A DNA stretch of 64,000 nt from Candidatus Margulisiibacteriota bacterium (GTDB lineage: Bacteria; Margulisbacteria; WOR-1; O2-12-FULL-45-9; XYB2-FULL-48-7). The stretch spans positions 159,360 to 223,359 of the forward strand of contig JBAZTH010000001.1 of the NCBI GenBank assembly GCA_041661965.1, written 5' to 3'. A model generated the notes under the pieces. It saw only the letters and a program-made list of their open reading frames with translations, searched no databases and was not told the origin of the DNA. Both the position numbers and the translations under genes were made by a program. Within the stretch, counting starts at the first letter, position 1. Every line of letters begins with the position of its first letter. Below, in pieces: positions 25,716 to 35,147 of the stretch.

Positions 25716-25742
25716 AAAGCTGTAAGCGGAAAGAAGAGAAAA

Positions 25743-26066
25743 ATGAGCAAAATAAAAAGCTGTTTGATTTATATCACGACCAAAGACAAAGCTGAAGCGA
25801 AAAGGATCGGCTTAGCCTTGGTTAAAAACCGTCTGGCGGCTGGGGTCAATATTATTGATAGGATCGAATCGATCTACTGGTGGGAGGGGAAAGTTCAGAA
25901 CGGGTCAGAGGCGCTGTTGATCGCTAAAACAAAAGAATCTGCCGTTCCCGCTTTAATCGAAAAAGTTAAAAGCCTGCATAGCTATAAAGTGCCGTGTATT
26001 GTCAGCCTGCCGATCAACGAAGCAAACCCCGATTTTCTAAAGTGGATCGAAGCCGAAACCGCCTAG
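25743..26066 (+). CDS. cutA: Divalent-cation tolerance protein CutA
   Basis: 107 aa with a CutA-like pattern: LIYITT..AE..A..LV...LAA.VNI....SIYWWEG. The ORF-track N-terminal extension (25536) is antisense to the MBL gene and is rejected. Confidence 0.8.
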   Translation: MSKIKSCLIYITTKDKAEAKRIGLALVKNRLAAGVNIIDRIESIYWWEGKVQNGSEALLIAKTKESAVPALIEKVKSLHSYKVPCIVSLPINEANPDFLKWIEAETA

Positions 26067-26731
26067 GTCCTGTGCGTGATATCCAGGTCGAGGTTCTTGA
26101 GCGATTCTTCTTCCCCGAACATAATGAGAACGTCGTCTTTTTTGATCGGCGTGCTCCACGATGGCATAACCAGGTTTTCGGTCCCGCGGCGGATCGCCAG
26201 GATGGTGATGGCGTATTTATTGCGCAAATCTAGTTCCGATAGGGTCTTATTCACCCAGCGGTCAAGCGCTTTGGCCCCGACGATCTTGACTTTCTCTCCA
26301 AGGTCGAAATAATCGAGGACCCCCTGGCTGGTCAAAACGTTGACCAGTTTGATCGCGGTATCCTGCTCCGGGAAAATGATCTGGTCGGCCCCGAGCTTTT
26401 GCAGGATCTGGCCGTGGACGGTGTTGTTGGCTTTACAGATGACCTGGGGAATTTTCAGGCTTTTGCAGATCTGGGTGGCGATGATGTTGCTTTCCATGTG
26501 GGTGCTTTCGGCGATGATGACGGTGTCGCAATCGGAGACCCCGGCTTCTTTCAGCGCCCCGTCATCGGTGATGTCGCCGACGTAGGCGTGGGTCACTTCG
26601 TCCTTAATGTTCTGGATCTTGATCTCGTCTTTGTCGATGGCGATCACTTCCTGTCCCTTGTAATAAAGTTCCCTGGCGACCTTACTGCCGAAACGACCCA
26701 ACCCTAATACCGCGAATTGTCTTTTTTTCAT
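26063..26731 (-). CDS. ktrA: TrkA/KtrA K+ uptake regulatory subunit
   Basis: An N-terminal Rossmann motif (VLGLGRFG) plus a TrkA-C domain. Confidence 0.88.
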   Translation of the reverse strand: MKKRQFAVLGLGRFGSKVARELYYKGQEVIAIDKDEIKIQNIKDEVTHAYVGDITDDGALKEAGVSDCDTVIIAESTHMESNIIATQICKSLKIPQVICKANNTVHGQILQKLGADQIIFPEQDTAIKLVNVLTSQGVLDYFDLGEKVKIVGAKALDRWVNKTLSELDLRNKYAITILAIRRGTENLVMPSWSTPIKKDDVLIMFGEEESLKNLDLDITHRT

Positions 26732-26742
26732 ATTTTTCCTCC

Positions 26743-28056
26743 TTAACCGATGGAAACGCCTTCTTTAGGCGGTTCAACTTTATTCTCCCGCTGGCCTAAT
26801 GTCAAGGCGATCAGCAGTGAGAGCGGCCCGACCCGGCCGATGAACATGACCAGCATGACGAGCAATTTACCGGCGGTCGAAAGATTGGGGGTTATCCCCA
26901 TCGACAGGCCGACAGTGCCGAACGCGGAGAAAATCTCAAAGGCGACTTCCATCAGACTGAAATGCTCGATATTATCGAGCAGGAAGATCGAAAAACCGAC
27001 AGCCGCCAGAGCGAGAAAGGTCAGGGTGATCGCCCGGCGAACCGTTTCCACCGGGATCCGGCGGTTGAACATGATCGTGTTGCGGAACCCTTTGAGCGTG
27101 GCCCAGATAGTGCCGATGATGACCGCGAAGGTCGTGGTTTTGATCCCGCCGCCGGTCCCTCCCGGGCTGGCCCCAATGAACATCAGGACCATCATCAAAA
27201 GAAGGGTGGGTGGCGCGAGACCGCCGATCGCCACGGTATTGAACCCGGCGGTCCGACAGGTGACCGCTTGGAAGTATGAAGCCAGGAGTTTATCCGACAT
27301 GGTCAAGGGACCGATCGTTAGCGGATTGTGGTATTCAAGGACAAAGATCAGTCCTGTCCCCAGGGCGAGCAGGGCGAGAGTTGTGACCATGACGATCTTG
27401 GAATGAAGGGAAAACTTGTGATGTTCGATCAGGTCGGCGATCACGATGAAGCCAAGGCCGCCGATAATTATCAGAGAAGTAATTGTCAGATTGATGACCC
27501 AATCGGTCGCGTAGGGCATCAGGTTGGCAAAATTAGCCGGCAGGGCGAAGCCGGCGTTGTTAAAAGCGGAGATCGAATGGAATACGGCGTAAAGCAAGGC
27601 CCGGCTGAACCCCATTTCCGGGAGCCAGCGGAAGAAAAAGATCGCGGCCCCGATTCCTTCGACGAAAAAGACGATCCCGAAGACCTTTTTTAAGACCAGA
27701 ACGACGTCTTTGGTCGAGTAGACGTTCAGGGCCTCCTGAATGGCGAGCTTTTGGGAAATAAAAAGTTTTTGCCTGAAGACCAGGACCATGAAAGTGGAAA
27801 AGGTCATATAGCCGAGGCCGCCGATCTGCATCAATCCCATTATAATGAATAGCCCGAAGAGGGAGAAGTGGACCCCGGTATCGAGCGTGACCAGGCCGGT
27901 CACGCAGGTGGCGGAATTGGCGGTAAAACAAGCATCCAGGAAATTTGTCGGGGTTCCCTGTGCCGAGGCGATCGGGAGGGAAAGAAGGATTCCTCCAGCC
28001 AGAATGACGAGTAAAAAGCTTAAGGCAATGATCGCGCTCGGGCGTATTCTAAACAT
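26743..28056 (-). CDS. ktrB: TrkH/KtrB-family K+ transporter membrane subunit
   Basis: 437 aa, a paralog of 21819-23162, lying immediately upstream of ktrA. Confidence 0.88.
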   Translation of the reverse strand: MFRIRPSAIIALSFLLVILAGGILLSLPIASAQGTPTNFLDACFTANSATCVTGLVTLDTGVHFSLFGLFIIMGLMQIGGLGYMTFSTFMVLVFRQKLFISQKLAIQEALNVYSTKDVVLVLKKVFGIVFFVEGIGAAIFFFRWLPEMGFSRALLYAVFHSISAFNNAGFALPANFANLMPYATDWVINLTITSLIIIGGLGFIVIADLIEHHKFSLHSKIVMVTTLALLALGTGLIFVLEYHNPLTIGPLTMSDKLLASYFQAVTCRTAGFNTVAIGGLAPPTLLLMMVLMFIGASPGGTGGGIKTTTFAVIIGTIWATLKGFRNTIMFNRRIPVETVRRAITLTFLALAAVGFSIFLLDNIEHFSLMEVAFEIFSAFGTVGLSMGITPNLSTAGKLLVMLVMFIGRVGPLSLLIALTLGQRENKVEPPKEGVSIG

Positions 28057-28100
28057 AAAGCAAAATGTTAGTACAATTGGACTGGCAAGTCAATTATTTG

Positions 28101-28109
28101 TGTTATAAT
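28101..28109 (+). promoter_or_regulatory. Extended -10 box, leaderless-type
   Basis: TGTTATAAT lies 7 nt before the ATG at 28117, with no SD. Confidence 0.55.
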
Positions 28110-28116
28110 ACCAGCC

Positions 28117-29157
28117 ATGGGGAGAGAAGAAGAGCGTCTCGAAAGTTATCGCCGGACCGCCGCGGTCTCTTTTGTCGTTATTATTTTGTTGTTCTCGTTC
28201 CTGATTGTCCGGCCGTTTTTTGTCGCCATTATGTCGGCCGCCGTCCTGGCTTTTATCTTTTATCCGCTCTACGGTAAATTAGCCGAATTATTGAAGAACG
28301 TGCCGCTTGGCGAAAAACTGGCTTCGCTTTTGACTTGTCTGGTGATTCTGCTGGTGGTCCTCATCCCTTCTATTTTCGTGGCTGTTTTATTGACCAGCGA
28401 GGTCAAAAGCGGCTATCACTTTTTGCAAACCGTTCTCCAGGCCCCCCAGTTCCAGCTCGACAACCTGCCGCCGGTCATTAAACAGCTGGAACAATTCTTG
28501 CCGCAATTAAAGGCCGGCGCGGCTGATTTGGTCGGTCAATTGATCGGCATGCTCCAGGATGTTCTCAAAGTGATCCCGAACGTCCTGCTGCAAGTCTTCA
28601 TTACCATCTTTTCAATTTATTACTTTCTGGTCCATGGCCACGACCTCTATAAGTTTTTTGCCGATCTTTTTCCGCTCTCGGAGAAGCGTTACAAACAAAT
28701 AGTGAGCCGGTTCGACAATTTAAGCCGGGGGGTGATCATCGGACAGGTTTTTGTCGGGTGCATCCAGGGAGTTTTGGCCTGGCTCGGCTTTTTTATCCTC
28801 GGGGTTCCCAGCCCGATCCTCTGGGGAAGCCTGACGGCGATCATTTCGATGATCCCCTTGTTCGGCGCGGCCCTGATCTGGGTGCCGGTCGATATTTATC
28901 TTTTTCTGGTCGGGACGATGACCGGCAATTATATCCCCGCGATCAGTTTGCTGGTCTATGGTGTTTTCGTGATCAGCCTGATCGATAATCTGCTGAAGCC
29001 GAAAATCGTCGGCGACAACGCCAACATCCACCCGCTGATCGTTCTTTTCGGGATCCTGGGGGGGATTCAGCTGTTCGGCATCGCCGGCATTATTCTCGGC
29101 CCGATGATCCTGACGATCTTCGATGTCGTCATCGAGATCTTCAAGGAAGCGCTGTAA
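28117..29157 (+). CDS. AI-2E family transporter (PerM-like permease)
   Basis: 346 aa and polytopic, with a typical AI-2E C-terminal region. TGTTATAAT-N7-ATG lies upstream. Confidence 0.8.
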   Translation: MGREEERLESYRRTAAVSFVVIILLFSFLIVRPFFVAIMSAAVLAFIFYPLYGKLAELLKNVPLGEKLASLLTCLVILLVVLIPSIFVAVLLTSEVKSGYHFLQTVLQAPQFQLDNLPPVIKQLEQFLPQLKAGAADLVGQLIGMLQDVLKVIPNVLLQVFITIFSIYYFLVHGHDLYKFFADLFPLSEKRYKQIVSRFDNLSRGVIIGQVFVGCIQGVLAWLGFFILGVPSPILWGSLTAIISMIPLFGAALIWVPVDIYLFLVGTMTGNYIPAISLLVYGVFVISLIDNLLKPKIVGDNANIHPLIVLFGILGGIQLFGIAGIILGPMILTIFDVVIEIFKEAL

Positions 29158-29161
29158 AGCA

Positions 29162-29237
29162 ATGACAAATGACCAACATTTGACATTTTTCCGCCAGAGG
29201 CGGATGCGCCTTTGGGGCATAATTTGTCATTTGACAT
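29162..29237. repeat. Five copies of the same heptamer family (two direct, three inverted) flanking small hairpins
   Basis: ATGACAA and ATGACCA lie at 29162-29175. TTGACAT lies at 29180-29186. TTGTCAT and TTGACAT lie at 29224-29237. Confidence 0.8.
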
Positions 29238-29243
29238 TCCACC

Positions 29244-30110
29244 ATGCCTGAACTCCCCGAAGTTGAGACGGTCAAACGCGGCCTGGCCAAATCCATTATC
29301 GGCAAAACAATCTTGGACTTTGATTGTGACACCGTAAAAATGCTGAACCACCCCTTGGCCTTTTATCGCCGAACTTTAAAGGGGCTCAAGATTCTAGGCG
29401 TTGGCCGACGGGCGAAGATGGTCATTATTACTTTTTCCAAAGATTGGCGACTCCTCGTGCATCTGAAAATGACCGGCCAGCTCGTCTACCGCGGCGATCA
29501 TAAGACGGTGGTCGGCGGGCATCCGATCAAAGAAGGGTTTGAAAAAGATCCGAACCGATTTACTCACGCGACCTTTAGTTTCCGTGACCGGACAAAATTA
29601 TTTTACAACGATGTCCGCAAATTCGGCTGGCTCCGTCTCTACACCGCCGATCAGTTAGCCGCCTACTTAAACGGGCTGGGGTTGGGGCCAGAGCCGGTTG
29701 ATGACGCCTATACCATAGAAGTTTTTAAACGCGAGCTGGTCCGCCGGCCGAAAGCGAAGATTAAGCAATTTTTGATGGACAACCGGAACGTGGTTGGGAT
29801 CGGCAACATTTACAGCGACGAGATCTGTTATTACGCCCGGGTCCGGCCGAATCGCCAGGTGAAGACCCTGACCGGCGCGGAGATCAGCCTTTTATTTAAA
29901 GGGATCAAGCATATCCTGGCCGAAGCGATCAAATACGAAGGGACCTCGATCAGCGATTACGTTAACGCCCAGGGAGAAGCGGGGGCCTATACTAAAAAAC
30001 TTAAGGTCTATGGTCGTTACGGAGAAAAGTGTCTGAAATGCAAGGGGGAAGTTGCCCGGTTAAAGATCGGCGGGCGGACCTCTTCTTTTTGCCCGAGCTG
30101 CCAAAAATAG
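29244..30110 (+). CDS. mutM: Formamidopyrimidine-DNA glycosylase
   Basis: N-terminal MPELPEVE and a C-terminal zinc finger, CLKCKG...CPSCQ. Confidence 0.93.
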   Translation: MPELPEVETVKRGLAKSIIGKTILDFDCDTVKMLNHPLAFYRRTLKGLKILGVGRRAKMVIITFSKDWRLLVHLKMTGQLVYRGDHKTVVGGHPIKEGFEKDPNRFTHATFSFRDRTKLFYNDVRKFGWLRLYTADQLAAYLNGLGLGPEPVDDAYTIEVFKRELVRRPKAKIKQFLMDNRNVVGIGNIYSDEICYYARVRPNRQVKTLTGAEISLLFKGIKHILAEAIKYEGTSISDYVNAQGEAGAYTKKLKVYGRYGEKCLKCKGEVARLKIGGRTSSFCPSCQK

Positions 30111-30115
30111 TTGGC

Positions 30116-30143
30116 TTGACAGGTAAATAATTAACGATATAAT
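30116..30143 (+). promoter_or_regulatory. Sigma-70 type promoter for the OMP gene
   Basis: TTGACA-N16-TATAAT, about 30 nt upstream of the AGGGGG SD and the ATG. Confidence 0.65.
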
Positions 30144-30174
30144 TCTGGTAGTTCGAAAATTTAGGGGGTAATTC

Positions 30175-30822
30175 ATGAAAAAGCCGTTTGTTGGTTTGGT
30201 TCTCGCTTTGAGCTTTATTTTTGTTGGTGAAGTCTGCGCGATCGAAGGGAGCGCCACAATCGCGGCTAAAGACCTTTACAGCTTAGCGCAAAGAAAAACT
30301 TATCGTTTGGGTCTGCGCGGTTGCCTTCTTTCGCCAACCGACAATGTTAATGTAAGTAAAGATTCGGTCCTTGATTTTGGCTTAGAATTTGACGCCAAAC
30401 TTAACGAAAATCTTGATACCGGGCCGCGCTTCGGGATAGTTTTAAATAAGAAGTTAAAGCTAGGCGCGACGGTCGATGCCTCTTACACTTTAGTTAAGTT
30501 TGGTTATGGAGCCAGGATCTATACCATGTATTGGGGTGAATACGGCAGCAGCCACGGCTTTTTCAACCTTTATTTTAACGCCGAAGTTGACTATTACACC
30601 GGCAACAAAGTTTCTGAAGTTACCGCGATGGCGACTAATCCTTCCAGCTTTGCCGGTCTCGGAGGATATGGCGGGGTGGGGATTGAGTTGGCTTTTGGTC
30701 CTAATACCAGTGGTTTTGGCGAAGTCGGCTACCAGAAGACCAGTATTAAAGATGCCAACAATGTTGAGCTTCCATTGGATGGTTACGTTTTGGCGGCAGG
30801 GGTAAGGTTGGCATTCTTTTAA
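30175..30822 (+). CDS. Outer-membrane beta-barrel protein
   Basis: It has a signal peptide (MKKPFVGLVLALSFIFVGEVCA), alternating beta-strand patterns and a C-terminal FF. A consensus sigma-70 promoter and an AGGGGG SD lie upstream. Confidence 0.7.
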   Translation: MKKPFVGLVLALSFIFVGEVCAIEGSATIAAKDLYSLAQRKTYRLGLRGCLLSPTDNVNVSKDSVLDFGLEFDAKLNENLDTGPRFGIVLNKKLKLGATVDASYTLVKFGYGARIYTMYWGEYGSSHGFFNLYFNAEVDYYTGNKVSEVTAMATNPSSFAGLGGYGGVGIELAFGPNTSGFGEVGYQKTSIKDANNVELPLDGYVLAAGVRLAFF

Positions 30823-30875
30823 GACCTTCCAAGATAATAGCGGCCGGTCTGAATTATATTGAGCACATCACCGAG

Positions 30876-31427
30876 ATGAAGATGGCCCGGCCCGACCACC
30901 CGATCCTTTTTCTCAAAGCCCCCTCCGCGCTGATCGGCGACGGCGACAACATTGTTTATCCTCCGCAAACCAAAGAACTCCATTACGAAGCGGAACTGGC
31001 GATCGTTATCAAAGACCGGATCCGTAATATCACGAAGGCACAGGCGTTGGAACACGTGCTTGGCTTTACCTGTGCCAACGATGTTTCCGCCCGCGATTTG
31101 CAGCTCTTAGACGGTCAGTGGGCGAGGGCAAAGTCGTTCGATACTTTTTGTCCGGTCGGTCCGCGGCTGGTGACCGGGATCGATCCCAATAATCTGGCGA
31201 TCAAATGTTATTTAAACGGGGAGTTAAAGCAGTCATCGAATACAACGAGTATGATCTTTAAAGTGGAAGAGTTGATCGCTTTTATTGCCGGCGTCATGAC
31301 TTTGGAACCGAACGACATAATTTTGACCGGGACTCCGCCCGGGATCGGGCCGATGAAGGTCGGCGATGTTGTTGAGGTGGAGATCGAAAAGATCGGGCGT
31401 TTAAAAAATCAGGTTGTTGCCGCTTAG
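30876..31427 (+). CDS. Fumarylacetoacetate hydrolase (FAH) family protein; true start probably upstream of the first ATG
   Basis: FAH-family motifs are present. The conserved KIIAAGLNYIEH segment lies in frame upstream of ATG 30876, where there is no ATG/GTG/TTG (see finding). Confidence 0.75.
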   Translation: MKMARPDHPILFLKAPSALIGDGDNIVYPPQTKELHYEAELAIVIKDRIRNITKAQALEHVLGFTCANDVSARDLQLLDGQWARAKSFDTFCPVGPRLVTGIDPNNLAIKCYLNGELKQSSNTTSMIFKVEELIAFIAGVMTLEPNDIILTGTPPGIGPMKVGDVVEVEIEKIGRLKNQVVAA

Positions 31428-31627
31428 AAACTTCTGGGCATCGGGGTCATTAACAGGTCCCCTTCTTTAAGGTTGGCTAATTCCGGGTTCAGCCTTTCCA
31501 GTTCCGCGACCGTGGTCCGATGTTGGTCGGCCAGTTCTTTAACTTTTGGCCCGCCATCAACCTCTTGCGGCTTAATTATATGAAGGTGATACGATGAATC
31601 GTAACGAACGGCGGTAATTGATGTCAT
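31424..31627 (-). CDS. Small LysM-like domain protein
   Basis: 67 aa. The segment VKELADQHRTTVAELERLNPELANLKEGDLLMTP resembles a LysM repeat. Confidence 0.45.
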   Translation of the reverse strand: MTSITAVRYDSSYHLHIIKPQEVDGGPKVKELADQHRTTVAELERLNPELANLKEGDLLMTPMPRSF

Positions 31628-31710
31628 TTGTTTCCCCCTACATATACTATTCGTACCAGAAGACGAAAAACTTGCGTTTTTGGGGTAAAATGTGTCATTA
31701 TGTTTTTGGC

Positions 31711-32355
31711 ATGAATAAGCTAATTATTGCGATATTTGCAGCCGGGGTCTTGTTTGTGGGAAGTGTTTTTGGGAGTGGGGTCATTGACCGGCCGGTTCCA
31801 TTTTTATGTCAGGCTCCTTACGGTGACTGGCGGCAACCATGGCAGGATGGGTGCGAGGAAGCGGCGATCATTATGGCGATGAGTTGGGTGGAAGGGAAGG
31901 CGGTGACCAAACGTTCCGGTAACCAGACGATCCTTGATCTGGTGAAATTTCAGATTAAAAACTATGGCGGGCATTTTGACCTGACCGCCAAGCAATCGGC
32001 TAAGTTAATAAAAGACTATTATCAATACGATGGGATCGAAGTTCTTCAAGCGGGGACGAGCCAAGAACTGAAAAAGTTCCTGGCGGCCGGAGATCTGATC
32101 ATCGCGCCGATGGCCGGGCGGGAATTAGGTAACCCGTATTTTACTCCTCCCGGTCCTTATTACCATTATGTGCTGATCAAAGGTTACGACGATACCCGCG
32201 GGGTTTTTATCACCAACGATCCCGGGACCCGCCGGGGAGCGAACTATACGTATAAATACCGGACCCTTTTTCAGGCGATTCACGACTGGACCGGCCGGAA
32301 AGAGAGCATTTCCCGAGGCAAAAAATCGATTCTTGTGATAAAATTAGATCAATAG
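31711..32355 (+). CDS. Secreted C39-like peptidase domain protein
   Basis: Start chosen at MNKLIIAIFAAGVLFVGSVFG (signal peptide). It contains a CQAPYGDW...GCEEAAIIMA Cys motif and a later H (YHYVLIKGYDD). Confidence 0.6.
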   Translation: MNKLIIAIFAAGVLFVGSVFGSGVIDRPVPFLCQAPYGDWRQPWQDGCEEAAIIMAMSWVEGKAVTKRSGNQTILDLVKFQIKNYGGHFDLTAKQSAKLIKDYYQYDGIEVLQAGTSQELKKFLAAGDLIIAPMAGRELGNPYFTPPGPYYHYVLIKGYDDTRGVFITNDPGTRRGANYTYKYRTLFQAIHDWTGRKESISRGKKSILVIKLDQ

Positions 32356-32356
32356 T

Positions 32357-32431
32357 GGGCCCGTAGCGTAACTGGATAGCGCATTGCCCTCCGAAGGCAA
32401 GGGTTGCGAGTTCGAATCTCGCCGGGCCCAT
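32357..32431 (+). tRNA. tRNA-Arg (anticodon CCG)
   Basis: The cloverleaf was folded by hand. The acceptor is GGGCCCG/CGGGCCC, the anticodon stem TTGCC/GGCAA with loop CTCCGAA, and the T-arm TTCGAATC. Confidence 0.9.
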
Positions 32432-32447
32432 TTTTTGGAGCTACCTA

Positions 32448-35147
32448 ATGAGCGAAATTTATCGCGAAGAACATTTTTACCAGGCCACCCCCGAAGCCGC
32501 GCTTGCCAAATTAAACAGTTCCGTGAATGGTTTGCCTGCCGCTGACGCGGCCGATCGCCTGAAAAAATACGGTTTAAACCAGCTCCGGGAAAAAGGAGGG
32601 GTCGACGCCGGCCGCCTCTTGCTGGAACAATTCCAGGGTTTTATCGTCTGGGTCCTGATCGCCGCCGCGCTGGTCGCCGGGTTGCTTGGCGAATGGCTGG
32701 ACTCCGGCGCGATCGTTGCCATAGTAATTCTCAATGCCCTCCTCGGTTTCGTCCAAAGCTTTCGGGCCGAAAAATCACTGGCCGCGCTTAAAAAGTTGGC
32801 CGCTCCCACCTGTAAAGTGATTCGCGGCGGGGAACGGCGCCAGATCCCGGCCGTTCAGCTGGTACCCGGCGATATTGTGGAACTGGAGGCCGGCGATAAC
32901 GTTCCGTCCGATTCGAGGCTTCTTCAGCTGACCGCGAATTTTACCGTCCAGGAAGCGAGCCTGACCGGTGAATCGACCCCGGTTAATAAAACCGTTGCCG
33001 CGCTGGCCGAAAAGGAGGTCCCGCTGGCCGACCGGGCCAATATGCTTTATCTTGGGACGACCGTAACTTCCGGCAAAGCCAAGGCGCTGGTCGTCGCGAC
33101 CGGAATGAAGACCGAATTGGGACGAATCGCCGGCCTGATCCAGGCGATTGACCGGGAAACGACGCCGCTCCAGAAAAAGCTGGATGAATTCAGCAAGTGG
33201 CTGGTCTATCTCTGTTTCTTTTTAGTCGGTCTGGTCTTTTTTCTAGGCTGGTTGCGCGGCGGCGAACTGCTGGAAGTCTTTTTAACCGCGGTCAGTTTGG
33301 CGGTTGCTGCCATTCCTGAAGGGTTGCCGGCAGTGGTGACCATCGCTTTAGCAATCGGGGTCCAGCGGATGGTCAAACGGTCGGCGCTGATCCGAAAACT
33401 TCCGTCAGTTGAGACTTTGGGCTGCGCCACCGTTATCTGCACCGATAAGACCGGGACGCTCACCAAAAACGAGATGACGGTGCAGGCGGTCTATGCCGAC
33501 GGCCGCGCTTTTACGGTCAGCGGGATCGGTTATGCCCCGCGAGGCGAATTTTTATTGGATGGTTTAAAAATTGAGGCGGGGGACCAGCCCGGCTTGACCA
33601 AAACTTTGATTGCCGGCGTACTTTGCAACAGCGCGGCCTTAACGCCGACCGGGATTATCGGCGATCCGACTGAAGCGGCTCTCCTGACGGCGGCGGCCAA
33701 AGCCGGGCTGACCAGGGAGAATACCGGACGGGAGCTTCATTTTGTTGAAGAGATCCCCTTCGATTCCGAACGGAAGCAAATGACGATGATCTTTGGGCGG
33801 GGCGCGGAACTGGTCGCCTATAGTAAAGGGGCGCCGGATAGTCTCCTGCGGAAATGCCGCTACATCGAAGAAAATGGCCAGGTGCGGGAGTTGACGCCTG
33901 AAGATCAGGCCCGTTTTGCCGCCGTCAATGACGGGCTGGCCGGCCAGGCGCTGCGGGTCTTGGCTTTTGCTTACCGGCCGCTGGCCGACCGTCCGGAAAA
34001 ACTCGATGATAAAACAGTTGAACGTGACCTTATCCTGGTCGGCTTGATGGCGATGATCGATCCGCCGCGCGATGAAGCCCGTCAGGCGATCGCCGATTGC
34101 CGCCGGGCGGGGATTAGGACGGTCATGATCACCGGCGACCACAAAAATACCGCCGTGGCGATCGCTGCTTCGCTTGGTTTTTTTCCGGCCGACGCCCTTG
34201 CCTTGACCGGGGAAGAGCTCGACCGGCTCGATGACCAGGAATTGACCTTCAAGGTCGATCGGGTCCCGGTCTATGCCCGGGTTTCGCCGGAGCATAAGCT
34301 TCGGATCGTTAAAGCCTGGCGGCGGCGCGGGGAGATCGTGGCGATGACCGGCGACGGCGTTAACGACGCTCCCGCGGTCAAAGAAGCCGACATCGGCGTG
34401 GCGATGGGGATTACCGGGACCGACGTGACCAAGGAAGTTTCCGACATGGTCGTGACCGACGATAATTTCGCTTCGATCGTCGCCGCGATCGAAGAAGGGC
34501 GGGGGATCTACGACAACATCAAAAAGTTCGTCCACTATCTTCTCTCCTGCAATGCCGGTGAGATCATGGTGATGTTCCTGGCCGCCCTGGTCGGCTGGCC
34601 CCTGCCGCTTTTGCCGATTCATATTTTGTGGGTCAATCTGGTGACCGATGGCTTGCCGGCCTTAGCGCTCGGGATGGACCCGGTCGAGCCGGGGATCATG
34701 TCCAGACCGCCCCGGAAAAAAGACGAACCGGTCGTGCCGGCCAACCGGGCCGGTTTGATAATCTTGCAGGGCTTATTTATCGCCCTCTGCGTTTTAGCCG
34801 CGTTCAGTTTTGTCTTGTTTATTGAAGGCGAGGGGGTAACCAGGGCGAGGACCGCCGCTTTTATCGTTCTTTGCTGCGCCCAGCTTTTTCATGCGCTCAA
34901 CTGCCGGAGCCAAACGAAGTCGTTTTTTCCGGGAATGTGGACCAATCACTGGCTAATTCTGGCGGTTCTATTTTCCTTTGCCTTGCAGATGCTGGTCGTC
35001 TACTTTCCGCCTCTGCAAACGATCTTTAAGACCGAAGCTTTGGGCCAGGCTGATTGGCTGTTAGTCCTGATCCTATCTTCTCTTCCGCTTTGGGGGATGG
35101 AGATTGTTAAAGCGATTAACCTTAAGAAAGGATTTATTAAAGAATAA
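32448..35147 (+). CDS. P-type cation-transporting ATPase, Ca2+ (type IIA)-like
   Basis: 899 aa with the DKTGTLT phosphorylation site, the PEGLP motif and the [10 protein letters not shown] hinge. Confidence 0.92.
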   Translation: MSEIYREEHFYQATPEAALAKLNSSVNGLPAADAADRLKKYGLNQLREKGGVDAGRLLLEQFQGFIVWVLIAAALVAGLLGEWLDSGAIVAIVILNALLGFVQSFRAEKSLAALKKLAAPTCKVIRGGERRQIPAVQLVPGDIVELEAGDNVPSDSRLLQLTANFTVQEASLTGESTPVNKTVAALAEKEVPLADRANMLYLGTTVTSGKAKALVVATGMKTELGRIAGLIQAIDRETTPLQKKLDEFSKWLVYLCFFLVGLVFFLGWLRGGELLEVFLTAVSLAVAAIPEGLPAVVTIALAIGVQRMVKRSALIRKLPSVETLGCATVICTDKTGTLTKNEMTVQAVYADGRAFTVSGIGYAPRGEFLLDGLKIEAGDQPGLTKTLIAGVLCNSAALTPTGIIGDPTEAALLTAAAKAGLTRENTGRELHFVEEIPFDSERKQMTMIFGRGAELVAYSKGAPDSLLRKCRYIEENGQVRELTPEDQARFAAVNDGLAGQALRVLAFAYRPLADRPEKLDDKTVERDLILVGLMAMIDPPRDEARQAIADCRRAGIRTVMITGDHKNTAVAIAASLGFFPADALALTGEELDRLDDQELTFKVDRVPVYARVSPEHKLRIVKAWRRRGEIVAMTGDGVNDAPAVKEADIGVAMGITGTDVTKEVSDMVVTDDNFASIVAAIEEGRGIYDNIKKFVHYLLSCNAGEIMVMFLAALVGWPLPLLPIHILWVNLVTDGLPALALGMDPVEPGIMSRPPRKKDEPVVPANRAGLIILQGLFIALCVLAAFSFVLFIEGEGVTRARTAAFIVLCCAQLFHALNCRSQTKSFFPGMWTNHWLILAVLFSFALQMLVVYFPPLQTIFKTEALGQADWLLVLILSSLPLWGMEIVKAINLKKGFIKE

